DNA of 63,852 nt, filler included, from Squatina squatina (lineage: Eukaryota), in assembly GCA_031763465.1 (NCBI GenBank). It is 3 parts of 3 records of this genome, joined end to end, with 100 filler letters (N's around TTAATTAATTAA, not from the genome) between each part and the next. Parts side by side here need not be neighbours in the genome. Positions count along the whole stretch, not along the records: positions 1 to 14,001 come from JARFOE010000115.1; positions 14,102 to 34,469 come from JARFOE010000057.1; 1 more part is not named here. One strand, written 5' to 3'. Shown piece by piece: positions 11,438 to 25,200 of the stretch; the stretch's first letter is position 1; each line of letters starts with the position of its first letter. The notes under the pieces were generated by a model. That model saw only the letters and a list, made by a program, of their open reading frames with translations, did not search any database and was not told the origin of the DNA. The position numbers and the translations under genes were made by a program.

Positions 11438-14001
11438 NNNNNNNNNNNNNNNNNNNNNNNNNNNNNNNNNNNNNNNNNNNNNNNNNNNNNNNNNNNNNNN
11501 NNNNNNNNNNNNNNNNNNNNNNNNNNNNNNNNNNNNNCCTTTCTGAATCATAGGAGGAAGCTTGTTGAAGCAGAACAGGACACTGCATCACATCGTCACT
11601 GTTTTAATCAAAGACCACAGACTTTATTGTCTGTAATTCTGTTTTTTATCCTCACTTCATGCTGGGCTTTGCTCATCAATATTAATTGTGTTCTGCCAAT
11701 TGAACAACAAAGAGAATTCAACTTGCTTTCTAATATTTAATGTGATTGTGAAGCGATTTAAATGAAATAAAATCAACCTTCACTGAACTAATGGTAACTT
11801 TAAGCACTGCAATCATTTAAGCAGTAAAATTAGAGACAATTCCAGTTAGCAGAGAGTAAGAAATAACCACCTTTTAAGATCCAAGTGTTTTGATAGCTCA
11901 TGTTGTAAGTCAAGATACAGCATAATTGTGGGTAGCATTTTGAAAAATAGTCAATGTTAGCACATTTTAAATGGCTAAAATAAAAAAATACATCTTTTAA
12001 TAGTCCTTCTAAATACATAAGAGCTTAGTAAAGTTAGCACAACAGATGTGATGGCTAAGTAGTGCTATCATCTACAAAGTTCAAAGTGCCACAAAAACAT
12101 GGTGGAGAGACTGAGTTTTGTTCAAGAAATGTTTTGTCTGTCACATTTCTGTTACCTCACAATTGACCCGAGTCGACCAACAAAAGGATCTTGCTGCTTT
12201 AAATCTTTTGGAAAGAGGTTATAGGACAGCTTTCAGTTAAATAATTCATTTGTTTTTCTTTTGAGGAAGGTGTTGAGCAAAAATTAAACTGCTGTTCTTT
12301 GTCCCATGGAACTTGTTCATTCTTCATTTAAATTCATGGCACCAGCTCACTCCCCAGCCGAATGCATCAGCACATATTGAGCGTATTTTGCAAATAGTTA
12401 CTGAAATCTCTTAATTGCTGAAAGAACTACTAATGAATACCTACAAGAAATAAATTATTGCAAGATTATAGNNNNNNNNNNCCCTCAACTTTCAAAACCC
12501 ATTTACAGGACGCAATGCCCGAGGTGATATTGCACAAACTGCTCTTCTGCACCTCCAGGCCCTATAAGGAAAGCTTAGTCATCCCTTGCTCGAGCCACAG
12601 ACTCCCTCCCCTTCAGGAATGTGAAACACCCATGAGACAGCCCCGGAAGCTGATCTGGTCACCTACCTTGTGTCAGCGGGTGGTCTCTGGGCAGCACGAT
12701 TGTTCCATCCCTTCCCTCCCATTCCTGGTGGGAATTCGGCCAGAGAAAGTTAAGTGAGGCCTGTGAGTGTTCCAGACTCAGTTCATGATCTGGAATACTC
12801 AGAGGAGGCTAATCATCTGTGATGTCAGTGTCTTCCAGAAGAGGGGCCACTAATGTAGAACTTTTATTCTCTTCTGCTAGGGTTTGCAGATAGGCAGTTA
12901 TCCAATGCTCCTAATTTCCAGTTATCCAATTTCACTAAACACTCCACCCCGCATCCACCCCCCGCAAACCTAGTGAGTGCCCAAGGCAGGTTAGTACTGA
13001 TGCAGATGCCTGCTGGCATTGTACAAATTGCTAAGCCCTAGAAGCTCGAGTCAGGTCAGGCATTTGTTTCACTGATAGGATGCGACTACTGCTCTGTCAT
13101 AGTTATAGCAGCAGAATAAGAGCATCGGTTTCCAGGACCATATGTACTAGGTTTGATGGCAATTGGAGGGGGAAAATATCTAACAGATGCATTACCTGCA
13201 CTGAGTTTTTCTTTGTATAAACATAGCCATTCATTGATACTTTAGTAAAAAGTACACTTTATACAATATTTTAATTTTGTTTTGTTTTGTAAAGCCTATT
13301 TAGTAAGCTGTGCAGATGGCATAGAAACCAAAAAATGGGAGAATAATGGAATCAGCAGTTATCTCGTTAGCAGGAGTAGGACTGCTGAGGTGATGGAGGG
13401 TGAGTCCGGTTATAAGACCAAAGTGTATTTGGTGGGAGGTTTGTCAAAGTTGGTCTTTTAACATTTTTATACTTTAGTTTTGTTGTAATATTTGTGTTTA
13501 ATTTGTCTTCCTTGATTCTGAATAATTATTTTCAGAAGTAATGTGTTTAAAAAGTGCTGACATTTTGCTAACATAGATTCCTCTAAACATGCTTACCAGC
13601 TTATTAACCCAATTGAATTCCATTTACAGCTTGCACCATATAAGCATTTGTTTTTATTGTGTAATATATTGAAAAACACATTTAATGAGGTGCACGCTTG
13701 CTGAAATTTGATTTGTACTGCATTCCATTGTATTAGTGTACAGATAACAGATAGTTCCAACATGAGCACCTCACTAAAATAATCTTCACTCCAAAGAGTA
13801 ATTGTTTAGGTAGGAATACAGTTTTAAATGAGTAGGAGTAAAAATACTACAGTTGCTTTAATTTTAGCCATCACGGATCTAATGACAGTGCCAGCTTGGT
13901 TCAGTGGTAGCACACTGGCCTGTGAGGGAGAAGGCTGTGGGTTCAAGCCCCACTCCAGAGACGTGAGCACACAATCTCCGCTGATACTCCAGTGCAGTAA
14001 T

Positions 14002-14101
14002 NNNNNNNNNNNNNNNNNNNNNNNNNNNNNNNNNNNNNNNNNNNNTTAATTAATTAANNNNNNNNNNNNNNNNNNNNNNNNNNNNNNNNNNNNNNNNNNN
14101 N
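14002..14101. other. Artificial scaffold linker (44N-TTAATTAATTAA-44N)
   Basis: Exactly 100 nt with a six-frame stop palindrome; an identical structure occurs at 34470-34569. Confidence 0.95.
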
Positions 14102-14600
14102 TCTCCCTTTCCTTCAACCAACCATTCTTCGCCTTCTCTGACCTAATTAAGCTAGTACTTTTCTTCCACTTATTCCCACCCACTAACCCCCACCTTTGTT
14201 TGTTCATGCTGGCACACTCTCTTCCCACATCCTCACATCTACTGCTGGTACCCTCCTTCTCCACCACCCTAAAGTGTCACTCCCAGCTTCTCCTTTCTTC
14301 CCCCCAGTACTGCTCGAAACCTCGGCTCCTTTCTTCTCCCTTCATTGCCATTCATTTCACCTTTCCCTTTTTCCTTGTTCATTTACCTTCCTCAAAATTG
14401 CCTGCAACTTCCTTTTCCCAGTCCTTTTCGTCCCCTTCCATCTCCCCCTTCATTTCCATCCATTTCCTGCCACTCCCCCTCTTTCGCTATCCACTCCCCT
14501 CCCACTGCCGTCCATTCTTTCCTTTCCCTCCCCATCCATTTCCCTCCATGTCATGCATTCTGCCCTTTCCCCTTGCTAAATATTTCTTCTTTTCCCTTGG
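14102..14600. repeat. Polypyrimidine low-complexity tract
   Basis: About 500 nt dominated by C/T on the + strand. Confidence 0.8.
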
Positions 14601-15025
14601 TAACCATTCACCCCAACCTGGCCCAGTGGCTTCGACACCAGATAGACCTCACTCCTTCTGTCAGTGTGCTCGCAGATCTAATGACTGGAATTGACAGCTT
14701 TGCAGGAGCTCCTGTTCTTAAGAAAGCTCCTGCTTACAGTGCATACAGATGCCAGTCTGGGCTATTAGTGCTGGGAGGTACAGGCCTCTCTGGTATGTGA
14801 GCCATTAGACTCAGGAAGAGCCGGCTAGTGGATTAGAAATATAATTGATTTGTGCCATCAAACATTGATCAGCATCCCCCTCCTCCCGACCCAAAAAAAA
14901 ATACTGAATGTCAGGGCAAAGCACTAATGTTTGACATCTATGAAAAAAGGGATTTTACTCAGAAACAATATGCTCCTGAGTAAAAGTCATTGATCAGTAA
15001 TTCTGGTTGGTGGTGCTGTCTATAC

Positions 15026-15169
15026 CTGCTCATTATCCAGTTTCTTGGAAAGTGTACTTGCATGCTGATTGGTATCTGACACCTCCATCTGCAGCACAGC
15101 CACTCTTTGCTGAAGTCCTGTTGTGGTTGCTCGAAACATCTGGTCCCAGTCTTGGTTGAGCTTCATCAG
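15026..15169 (-). CDS. TNIP/ABIN-like coiled-coil exon
   Basis: CCTTCTTTCAG acceptor, GTATAG donor, 144 nt phase 0/0; LMKLNQDWDQMFRATTTGLQQRVAVLQMEVSDTNQHASTLSKKLDNEQ resembles the LLEVNKQWDQHFRS motif of TNIP1/TNIP3. Below the ORF-track cut-off. Confidence 0.6.
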
Positions 15170-16445
15170 CTGAAAGAAGGATCATATGATAAGAGTGGAA
15201 GCAGGTAATCTATATTAACTGGTGTTCACCGACTATCTACCGCCCCTATCTCCAGTTTTCCTTTTACTGTATTACATCAATTGCTGGAGAGAGAATTTCC
15301 TGATCAATTGGGCATTATATCTTAGTAAACTAGCAGTATTGACTTCATTATCATCTGATAGGGCATGGATTGCACTGATTGACAGATTGCATCCACTCTG
15401 TTTGGAAAATAGCTTCGCTGTATCTACCCTATCAAATACTTATAACATTTTAAACACTTTGATTAGATCGCCCCTCAATCTTCTGTACTCAAGGGATTAC
15501 ATGCCAGGTTTATACAACCTGCCCAAATTTAAGTCTAAGCCCCGGTATCATTCTGGTGAATCTGTGCTGTAAGGCCCATCTATCCTTTCTGCGGTTCGGC
15601 GTCCAAATCTGAATGCTGGACACTAGATGTGGTCTGACCAAGGCGAGCTCATAACTAAAGCATAATTTCCTTCACCTTGTATTCTAGTCACCTTGAGATA
15701 AAGATTTTCCTGCATTTTTTTTTTCATTGGAAAAGACATTCCTAAAATCACCTTTTTGTTCCATAACTTGCTCTGCAATTCTGTCTATCTGTTGTGGGCT
15801 TTGCAGTGAAAAATTGGTCGTACATACTAAACTTGTCTTTTCTCCATCAACTCTGACATTATGCTCAAGGTGTCATCAAAGGAATACATTTCACTTACTC
15901 TTTCTCCCTGACCCTGCACTGAAAAAAAATTGAGANNNNNNNNNNTAAAATGTCATTTAAATTTTCTTACTTTTGCTTTCTGTCTCTTTTTGCTCTCTTA
16001 ATCCAATCTGCCTTTCCCTCTTTATTTCTCTTTCTGTATCTGATTTGACTCTCATTCACCCTCCTCCATCATTACTGTTTCTTAATCTTTGCATTATTAA
16101 TTGAATGCATTTTCAACCTTGAGGATTCATATCCTTTAAAATATCCAACACTGATCTGCTGTAAGCTTCTTTGGCTGCATGTTATAAATAAGTGGTTTTC
16201 ACATATTTCTGTGTGGATTCCCGCTGCGAATATTGAAATACTCTCAGGGTGTCCTTGTGGTAACTTTTAAAAGACTGTGCCAGTTATCCGAAGAAAAACA
16301 ATGCTGTATTTGCAGGAAATACTTAGTACACTAAAGGTGCTGTCAAGTGGAAAAACAAAGAAATCTGAAGGTTTAATTTGCTGCAGAAATGTTATTCAAT
16401 TGTCCTGATATATAGGTACCTATCAAGATCCAGTAAATAACACGT

Positions 16446-16666
16446 ACTGTAATGTTACATGGAGTTTTTCTTCTTTGGTGCATAATTCCAGAACAATGGT
16501 GATATTAGCAACGAGCGCCAGAAGTTGGGTCTTTTTGCTCCCCAATCCTCCAGTGGAGAATTCACACCACAGTTTGCTGGGAAAAGATTTGAATACTCCG
16601 CAGTGAGTGTAATGGCTTATCGGGACTGGAGCTGTCAATATCCAAGACAGATCCCAGGTATCAGGG
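16446..16666 (-). CDS. Unassigned candidate exon (possibly the same TNIP-like gene)
   Basis: Strong acceptor TTCTTGTTTTTCTGTGTCAG, one open frame DPDTWDLSW..EEKLHVTL, GTACGT donor; no recognised homology. Confidence 0.3.
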
Positions 16667-16904
16667 TCTGACACAGAAAAACAAGAAGTCATTTAATGTT
16701 TCCATAAAAGTAAAAGAGCTAAACAATTTGTGTAGGTTTCCCATTTTCATATTTTAATAATCAATTAGCATCAATGGAGTTAGTTTTTTTTTCTTATTTT
16801 CAAATAACTTCTTGTTGCTTAAAATTAGGATGGCGCAAAAGCTCTGTTCATTGTGGTTGCAAATCTCATTGCAACTAGTTAGTTGATTTTGCAGCACCGA
16901 ATCA

Positions 16905-17091
16905 AACCCGAGTCCAAGCTCCCCACTCCTGACACAACCCGAGTCTATGCATCCCGCACAGCCTGTGTCTCTGACCCCTCCTGACAAACCATGAGTCTGT
17001 GCCCCCTCCTCCTATCACAGCCCGAGTCTGTGCCCCCTCCTCCTATCACAGCCCGAGTCTGTGCCCCCTCCTCCTATCACAGCCCGAGTCT
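16905..17091. repeat. 31-nt minisatellite
   Basis: GAGTCTGTGCCCCCTCCTCCTATCACAGCCC starts at 16993, 17024, 17055 and 17086 (runs into gap); degenerate copies upstream. Confidence 0.9.
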
Positions 17092-18628
17092 NNNNNNNNN
17101 NNNNNNNNNNNNNNNNNNNNNNNNNNNNNNNNNNNNNNNNNNNNNNNNNNNNNNNNNNNNNNNNNNNNNNNNNNNNNNNNNNNNNNNNNNNGACCCAGTT
17201 AATGGTCACTGAATAGTAATCAGTAGTGGGAATCCGGCCCGATTTTCCCTTTGCAACCCAAAGAGGCCGAAGTCAATCATAATGACCCTGTCAAGACCCC
17301 AGTTGACTCAGCAATCGAGCCGAAACTCCCTGCTCTGTCGAGCTCAGCTCCTCGCTGCATAGACTTGCTGAGCGTCGCGGGGATGGAAGCAGTTCTCTGA
17401 ATAAAGTGAACAACCTTTCCGATAACTTACCCCAAGGCAACTTCAGGTGTTGTGATGTTTTTGCTTTCGTCCTTGTGGTAAAGTTTGGAAGCTTTGTTGA
17501 GCGCCGGCTGCAGCTCAAGGCTGTCAGTGGAGTGGGGCATCAGCATAGCCTTAGATTCCATCCTTCAATCACAGACTGTGGCCGCAGACTGCACAGTTCC
17601 CACAGATCGTGCACTTCACTACAGCAAGACCCTGTCCCCGGGCTGTCAACCTACTCGTTCAAAAGAGGAAGTGGCTTTGATTCAGTTTCAGGAGGAAATT
17701 TACTCAGCATCAGGTGCAGATTAGCAGATATCCCGGATCTCCAGCCCTTCCACTTTCAGATTAAAACANNNNNNNNNNNNNNNNNNNNNNNNNNNNNNNN
17801 NNNNNNNNNNNNNNNNNNNNNNNNNNNNNNNNNNNNNNNNNNNNNNNNNNNNNNNNNNNNNNNNNNNNTACATGAAAGATAGAATCAGCAAGGGTGAGGG
17901 AACTGGAGTTCACGTCCCTGAGAATAAAACATGTTGGCCTAATAAGTATCAGCCGCTTTCCTAGTTGAAATAATTCTTAATGGTAACTGCAAGTAATATT
18001 GCCTTTGTAACTGAAGCTCTGAGTTGCAGTGGCACTATGTTTGAAGTCAGTTTCTCTTTAATGATTATCATTTTCCTGTGTCTAAAATAAGACTTTGTAT
18101 ATTTCCTCTTGTTCATGGCATTGCTTATCTTCCACCCTCATGCACACAGTCTGCAATCTTTCATGACAAGGTATTGGATTGCAACAGGGAACACAACAAT
18201 CAGTGTGTTAAAGCTCCCTCATACAGTGAACAAAGATGGAAAATAATATAACTCAGTTGAGAAATGGTCCAATGACCTTGATGCTGTGTTCCAGCAAAAG
18301 GTCGTGATCTCGAGACTGGTGTAATCTTATCTGGATGAGGCCCTATTGATGATGATTCATCTGTTTGGATGAGAACAAGTAGACAATAAGTCCGACTAGA
18401 CAAAACCACTGATCACTGAAACTGCAATGTGAAATATTCTAATTCACAATGAACCTATTTTAGGAAAGGCTAATTGATATGATTTTGAACATTAAATCAT
18501 GGAATAGTGCAGGCAGTGCAACCTTAGTNNNNNNNNNNNNNNNNNNNNNNNNNNNNNNNNNNNNNNNNNNNNNNNNNNNNNNNNNNNNNNNNNNNNNNNN
18601 NNNNNNNNNNNNNNNNNNNNNNNNNNNN

Positions 18629-18870
18629 ATAGAATATAGGGCTCGGATGTCAAGGACCGAATCTTGGTTGAGGAGTTCCTCGAAGTGCTCCTTCCAGCAC
18701 GCGCTGACTGTGCCTCTGTCCTTGATGAGCACGTCTCCGTTCTTATCTCTCAGCGGGGTAGGTCCTTAGGTGTTTGGGCCATAGATGGTTTTGACTGCAC
18801 TGAAGAATCCACGTATATCATTGTTGTCAGCGAGTTGCTGGATCTCCTGTGCTTTCAACCCACCATCTAT
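18629..18870 (-). mobile_element. RTE-clade LINE ORF fragment
   Basis: LIKDRGTVSACWKEHFEELLNQDS resembles the RWxEHFxxLLN motif of RTE elements. Confidence 0.7.
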
Positions 18871-20879
18871 TCTTTAGGTCCCGAGTTATTTGTTGGCCCT
18901 CGGCCTTCGTTTGTCTGTTTTCCTTCCCTTGAGCTTTGCTGCTACATTGATTGGTTGGGCCTGCCCACATTATCCCAGCGAAGTGCATATGCTGCTAGGA
19001 TACATGGGCCTCTATGCTGGTCTTCGCATAGAGGCCCAGGACCACAAGACGCCAAAAAAGTACCATCAGGTACTTTTGTAAAAATTTTACTGATCGTAGG
19101 CTTTTGCCCGCAGGAAGCCTCCAACCACAATCTTAGGGCTATTCAGTTCCAATGACTGCGCCACCGTCTAAGAACTTTTAGGCCCTAGAATTTATCAACT
19201 ATTCATTTCCTAATTCCTAAAGGTATACCGTGATTTACCATTTAAGATTATTTTTCTACAATAACAGGCTCATCTTTGAAACCATTTCTAAACTCCAAAG
19301 TTCAATGATTATTGCATGTGAACCTTATCTGATGAAGTGTTTATCAGGTAACCACGGCAACCATATACATAATATTACATATTTTCCTTCAGTTAAAAGC
19401 CAAAAGGACAAATCAGGCCTTGCAATAATAACTTACAATGGGAGTGGCAAGACTTCAAAGGATCAATTAATGTCAATAGAAAAAAGTAATGTTTTCCTGN
19501 NNNNNNNNNNNNNNNNNNNNNNNNNNNNNNNNNNNNNNNNNNNNNNNNNNNNNNNNNNNNNNNNNNNNNNNNNNNNNNNNNNNNNNNNNNNNNNNNNNNG
19601 GGGCAGGAGCGGGGAGTCGAAACTCTGGAAACACCTCTGCGGAGCTACTTGAGAAGTTCAGTGTTAAAGGGGTAGGGGGTGGAAGAGCAGATGGGCCAGG
19701 ACTGGGCCAGAAGCTGTTTTCTCCTCCTGTCTCCACAGCGCCGTAAAAAGCCTGAAAGGTACTTGGTCTCGGAGCGATCTGCAATAGTCCCTTTAAGTGC
19801 ATGCTGTGCCTATTGGTCCCTCGAAATTGCATCAGGGTCCTATGACACCCATAGGATCACAATTTGCATATTACATGTAGGCTCCCACCTGAAGCAGATG
19901 GGCACCTGGGCTGCCATTTGAAGGCCCCAACAGAAATGCCAACGGGTGGAGTGAGAGCGAATGCGAAAATGGGTCAAGTTCTTCCCTGTGATTCCCGAAG
20001 CATTGCTGCCCCAGCGGAGGCTGTGAAAATTGGCCCCAGTGATTTTGTTTTTCTTCCAAGTATGACAATTGGAATGAATACACATTAGGAATGTTTTTTT
20101 AGATACGTTTCAGTCATATCCGTGACAGCTCTCCTCGGATCACTGGATAGTTGATTTAAATTAAAATAGCGCAGAGGCTTCATAAAAAAGAATTATATTA
20201 CATCATAAAACTTGACATAAAGAGTGGATGCACCTGCATTTTGATGAAAGAACTTTCTTTGAATACAATTCAACCATTTTATTTCCCATGGAACTATACA
20301 GGAGGAGTCTGATCAGATATGATTGAAACATTAATGAAAACATTTTATTTTTAGAGCCCATCAGTGCCTGTGTATTTTGATGACATGCTCTATTTCCCAT
20401 GTATTATGAGAAAAAAAATCTGCATGCCAACAACACAGTGCCACATTCCAGCTTTTGATAGCTCCGAATCCATAATCAACCATAGAAAATAATGGGTAGC
20501 TGGGAATTACTGAAAGGCACTAAACTCGCTGAACCATTCAGACTACATCATAACCTGTGAGAGTGAAGCTTGAGATTTANNNNNNNNNNNNNNNNNNNNN
20601 NNNNNNNNNNNNNNNNNNNNNNNNNNNNNNNNNNNNNNNNNNNNNNNNNNNNNNNNNNNNNNNNNNNNNNNNNNNNNNNCAAACATTATTGCACGCTATA
20701 ACTGTTAAAGCATCAATGAAATACCAAGTTAGATTTAAGGCTTCCCACTATTATCTGTTCATTTGAATACTTTTTTGTAGAGATTCTTCAGTAAGTTAAC
20801 TATGAATGACCTATAAATATATTGCCCTGTGTAATCTTGTTCTTTCAAAAAGCTATTCCTATATTTATGCTTTGTTTAG

Positions 20880-21040
20880 TTGGAGATATAGACTAAGAAT
20901 TATGGATGGGGTTCCCTGCACTCGACCACCAAGTAGTTCCAAAATAGTCTCGCCCCCACATGNNNNNNNNNNAAATAAGACCACCAAGAAACTCAGATGA
21001 ATACATATCCACTGGACCTCCAGGGGATATAATTTCAAAG
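20880..21040 (+). CDS. Unassigned candidate first coding exon
   Basis: TTTGTTTAG acceptor, strong Kozak attATGG at 20902; with the 10-N gap removed the frame reads MDGVPCTRPPSSSKIVSPPHEIRPPRNSDEYISTGPPGDIISK up to an AAG|GTACAA donor. Confidence 0.35.
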
Positions 21041-22115
21041 GTACAACACATATCTGCTTCCAGACAATCTTTTCCAGCTACCAGTTCCTACTTGCTAAAC
21101 ACATATAGTGGTAGAAATTACTGAGTGTACGTTTAATGAATTGGTTCGCATGCGCTTGTCAAATTCCTAAATGTGCTATATTAATAAGGTTGTTAACCCA
21201 TTTATCTTAAACAGATTAATAATTTAATTAAAATAGCGCACCAGAAACTTTACATGAGTGTGTTAAATAATTCATTTAAAAAAGCATTCAGAGTAATCTC
21301 TTACCCCATAGGGACAAATTTTGGGCATAAAATGGTGTGTAGTGCAAAAGGGATACCGACACTCTCATTCTCTCTCTGCACATGCCCAGATTCATTTTCT
21401 TAAAGTGACATCTGCTTTGCTTGTCCTAAATTGGACCAAAAGTTGAAACATTTGCAAACATTCTAATTTTGCTTTTTAATTTGGAATTAGTGCTTATCCC
21501 TGATAGTGGTTCCAAATTGCTTACTTTGAAGCAGTAATTATAATACTTAAAAGGGAATTGGATAAGTATTTGAGAAGGAAGAATATAAAAGAATATGGAA
21601 AAAGGGCAGGGAAATGGGATTAGATAGCTCCAATTAAGGCAAATGAAGCAGCCAATTTGCATGCAACATTGTCCCACAGATAACACTGAGAAAAATGGCC
21701 AATGAATCTGTTTTTTTGGAGGTGGTGGTTGCAGGATAAAGGTTGACTAGGACACCAGGAGAATTCTCCTGCTCTCCATTGAATAGTGCTATTCGATCGT
21801 TTACGTCCACATGACCAGGTTTAACATTTCACCCAAAATGTGGCACCTCCAGCAACACAACACTCCCTGAATACTATACTGAAGTATCAGCTGGGATCAG
21901 AGATAGAACTTCCACTGTCATTTCAGCAGGACCCTGGAGAAACAGCCATTTACTCCAAAATCACGAGAGGAGATTGGGAGATCCACTGTGGAATTTCTGA
22001 GTGGACGTTCTCAAGNNNNNNNNNNNNNNNNNNNNNNNNNNNNNNNNNNNNNNNNNNNNNNNNNNNNNNNNNNNNNNNNNNNNNNNNNNNNNNNNNNNNN
22101 NNNNNNNNNNNNNNN

Positions 22116-22262
22116 CCCTTATTCTGAGACGATGCCCTCTGGTCCTGGACTCTCCCATGAGGGGAAACATCCTCTCAGCATTTACCCTGTCCACCCTGAG
22201 AATCTTATATGTTTCAATAAGATCGCCCCTCATTCTTCTAAACTCCATTGAGTATAGTCCCA
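22116..22262 (-). mobile_element. CR1 LINE 3' ORF2 fragment
   Basis: LYSMEFRRMRGDLIETYKIL..GESRTRGH motif. Confidence 0.85.
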
Positions 22263-25200
22263 ACCCGACATCGACTTTGCACTGTTTCAGAGTTGTTTTT
22301 GAGCAGTATTTATATCTCTTGTTGTCCACCAAGAAATCACTTCACAATTGTCAATGCACCATAAAAGATCCCTGGCATTTGTTCATCAGGCATTCACACC
22401 ACACAACCTGACCATCGTAGGTGTGCCTTCGTAACCAAAGCATCTACATGTGGTATGTCAGCTTTTTTTTTTTAAGAACTTTGGTAGCTGGGACCTTGTG
22501 TTGACACCTGATCTTCATTAGTTATCTCGGGCATGAGATATCAGTCCTGTCAGATAACAGAGCTTATTATGCCAATTGTTTAACTATTCAGAGCTTCAGA
22601 ATCACTGGGAGTTCCAGGCTTATACAAGATTTGTCTATGCTTGGATACTGCAAAATGGCAGCCAGTCTATGTAATTAGTGGCTTCAACTCCCCGCCCACC
22701 ACCACTGGGGGCAGGAAAGGGTCGGCTCAGGGATAGAGATCCTGCCTCCAAGCCGCTGTCTTCCCAGCCGTCGTAATATTTACGGTTGGGTTTCAAGCCC
22801 TGGAAGAGGCTCATGCTAAAAGCAGGCGGTGGCCTACTTAAGATTCAAATTTCACGGACCGATCGGTTATCGATGCCATAACATAATTTTAAGGTCTGCA
22901 CAGGGGGAGTGTGCTGTCTGCTGCCCAGCAACAGCAATAAGGAGGAAGGAGCCGACTGGCCAGAAGGTCAAGTAAGTTTAAAACTTTGCTTGTCTTTGAA
23001 CTCCTTGTGGACTAAATAGAGCAGGAGTTCTCCCCCAGGCCACTCAAGGAGTCCTTGGGTCTACCCAGCCCCAGCATTCCCTTGATCTTTGTGGAATTCA
23101 CAGCACTGGCATCCCCAAGATCTCTCATCAGGAGGGAACCCTGCCATTTCCCCACTCTCTCAGCAAGGGGTAACACTAGCATTTCCTCACTCTCAGCAAG
23201 AGGAAATGCTGGCATTCTTGCAGTGCAGGTGTAGTACTCTGTCATTATCCTGTCTGCACAGGTGGATAGTTAACATTATAAGCTCATTGCAAGATTTGAT
23301 CTACACCTGTTTCCCAATGTTCCCCTTTCACCTCATATGCAGATAAAGTAGGTTCTCTTTCTGGTCAACATTACTAATATATGGGCAGTATTCCTCTTTA
23401 ATGAATTGCATAAACTAGTTTTATAAGTTGTTTAGTCAGTGTAAGTTACAGGCAGCAACCATATGAGGTCAAGAGTAGAGCTAAGTTGACTGAGGTGGAA
23501 AATGGGATAAAAAGGGCCAATTATGGAGCAAAACATCTCGCACCCAATTTGCGTCTGCGTAATGTCTACGTCATATTCTCAACTAGAGGAAATATAATGT
23601 TCCTATTCACCGTATCAAAGCCTCTCATAGTTTTAATGGGGGGAAAATCATAGGCCTTTTCCTGTTTTTCCTGCTTTGCACTGCCAGAGTGCACCAAGAG
23701 TGCCCAAGAAGAAATTTTCCCCTTATACAAAGTGATGTTTCCTTTTCTGCTCACTAATTGTGTCTCTTAATATTTGTATTTCAAGTCCTAGAATGCTGTA
23801 CATTAGAATTAATGAATTGTACTCAGCCAGAGAGAATTCCTTTATCTTTCAAATAAGCTAAAATAATTCTAATTTTCACCAAAAAGCTACAAGAAGCATT
23901 TTTGTTTTGATAAAACAAAATTACTTACAGCTCTTCTAAGTACCCTCACTCTAGATTTGTCACAAAACTCTCATGGGGAAAAAGTCCTCGGGGGAAAAAT
24001 TCAGGAGCGTCCCATTTGGGGCGCTAACTTTTGAAAAGTAGAAAAATTAGCGCCATGCATGAATGATTCTCAGTTTTTTCAGAATTGGGTGTTAGCACTC
24101 CTGAAAGAAAGTGAAGCACTAATTCAAGCGCTATCACTTCCGTTGGAGCAGCGCTGNNNNNNNNNNNNNNNNNNNNNNNNNNNNNNNNNNNNNNNNNNNN
24201 NNNNNNNNNNNNNNNNNNNNNNNNNNNNNNNNNNNNNNNNNNNNNNNNNNNNNNNNCAATTTACAATGTGCAGTGAACTTCTTAAAATTAGGGGAGGCTA
24301 GCCTCACAAAATTCAGTAGAATTACATTACTTTTCTACCACAGCAGGCCCATCCACATTAGCGGCAGGTGCAGCAGCTATTTTGCTGATTATTTAAAATC
24401 AAGGCTTAAATCTAAGCGATAATTATGGCACCAACCTTCATCTGCCAGGAGCATATGTTAGGAATTTGAGCACATGCCTTTTTTCCCACTTATTTTCCAT
24501 CCTGCCACGTGCTTGCAGCAGACTAAGTTCCACACCAGGAAAGTAATTTTGTCAAACTATCCCTCTAATAGTGCTAAAGCTCCATACCAAAATCTCACCA
24601 AAACATGTTATGAAAGTTTCATGAAGAATATTAGCTAGTATGTAGTGTTTAGCTTTACCACTTTTATCATATCTATAAGTCTTTTGTGGAAAGTAAACTT
24701 TGAACATTTTCCAAATCCTTGCTATCTTTGTATCACAGTGCTTCCTTTGTCTGAGGTAAGTTTAACCTCAAATCCTCCAATCAATATGAATCTGTTCACA
24801 TAGAAAAAAAAATGTGTTCCTAAATGTAAGCCAAAAATATTAAGCCAACCTGCATATAGGTGTTATTGTTCCACCCAGTTTAGCAGAGCCCCAAAGGCAA
24901 GGGCAAACGCCCAGAAAATATACTGTCCACCCTCTGAATTGACAAAAAAACAAGTAATTGTAGGATAGCTCGCCATTGTAACTCATGAATACAGCACTAT
25001 TTTGGTATTTCTCAATTGTGGAGAAAGACTGGTGCGAGAAGCATCGTAGCATTACGATAGAGTTTGCACCAGTGAACTAAAACAGCTAATGGAATTAGAG
25101 GATCCATTGCTAGAGGAGGGAATAAATATTGAAGCAAGCTTACAACATTTATTTTGGTTAGACATGGACAGAATGAGCAGAATAATTTTCAGTAGTGATT

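Noticed and set aside
14046-14057. TTAATTAATTAA palindrome as a biological site
   Set aside because: It is centred in N runs and duplicated exactly at 34514, so it is an artificial linker.
14196-14800. Three overlapping ORFs
   Set aside because: Pyrimidine-rich low complexity sequence depleted of stop codons; no recognisable protein.
16993-17091. CRISPR-like 31-nt repeats (also 27440-27622)
   Set aside because: Head-to-tail copies without spacers, vertebrate context, no cas genes.
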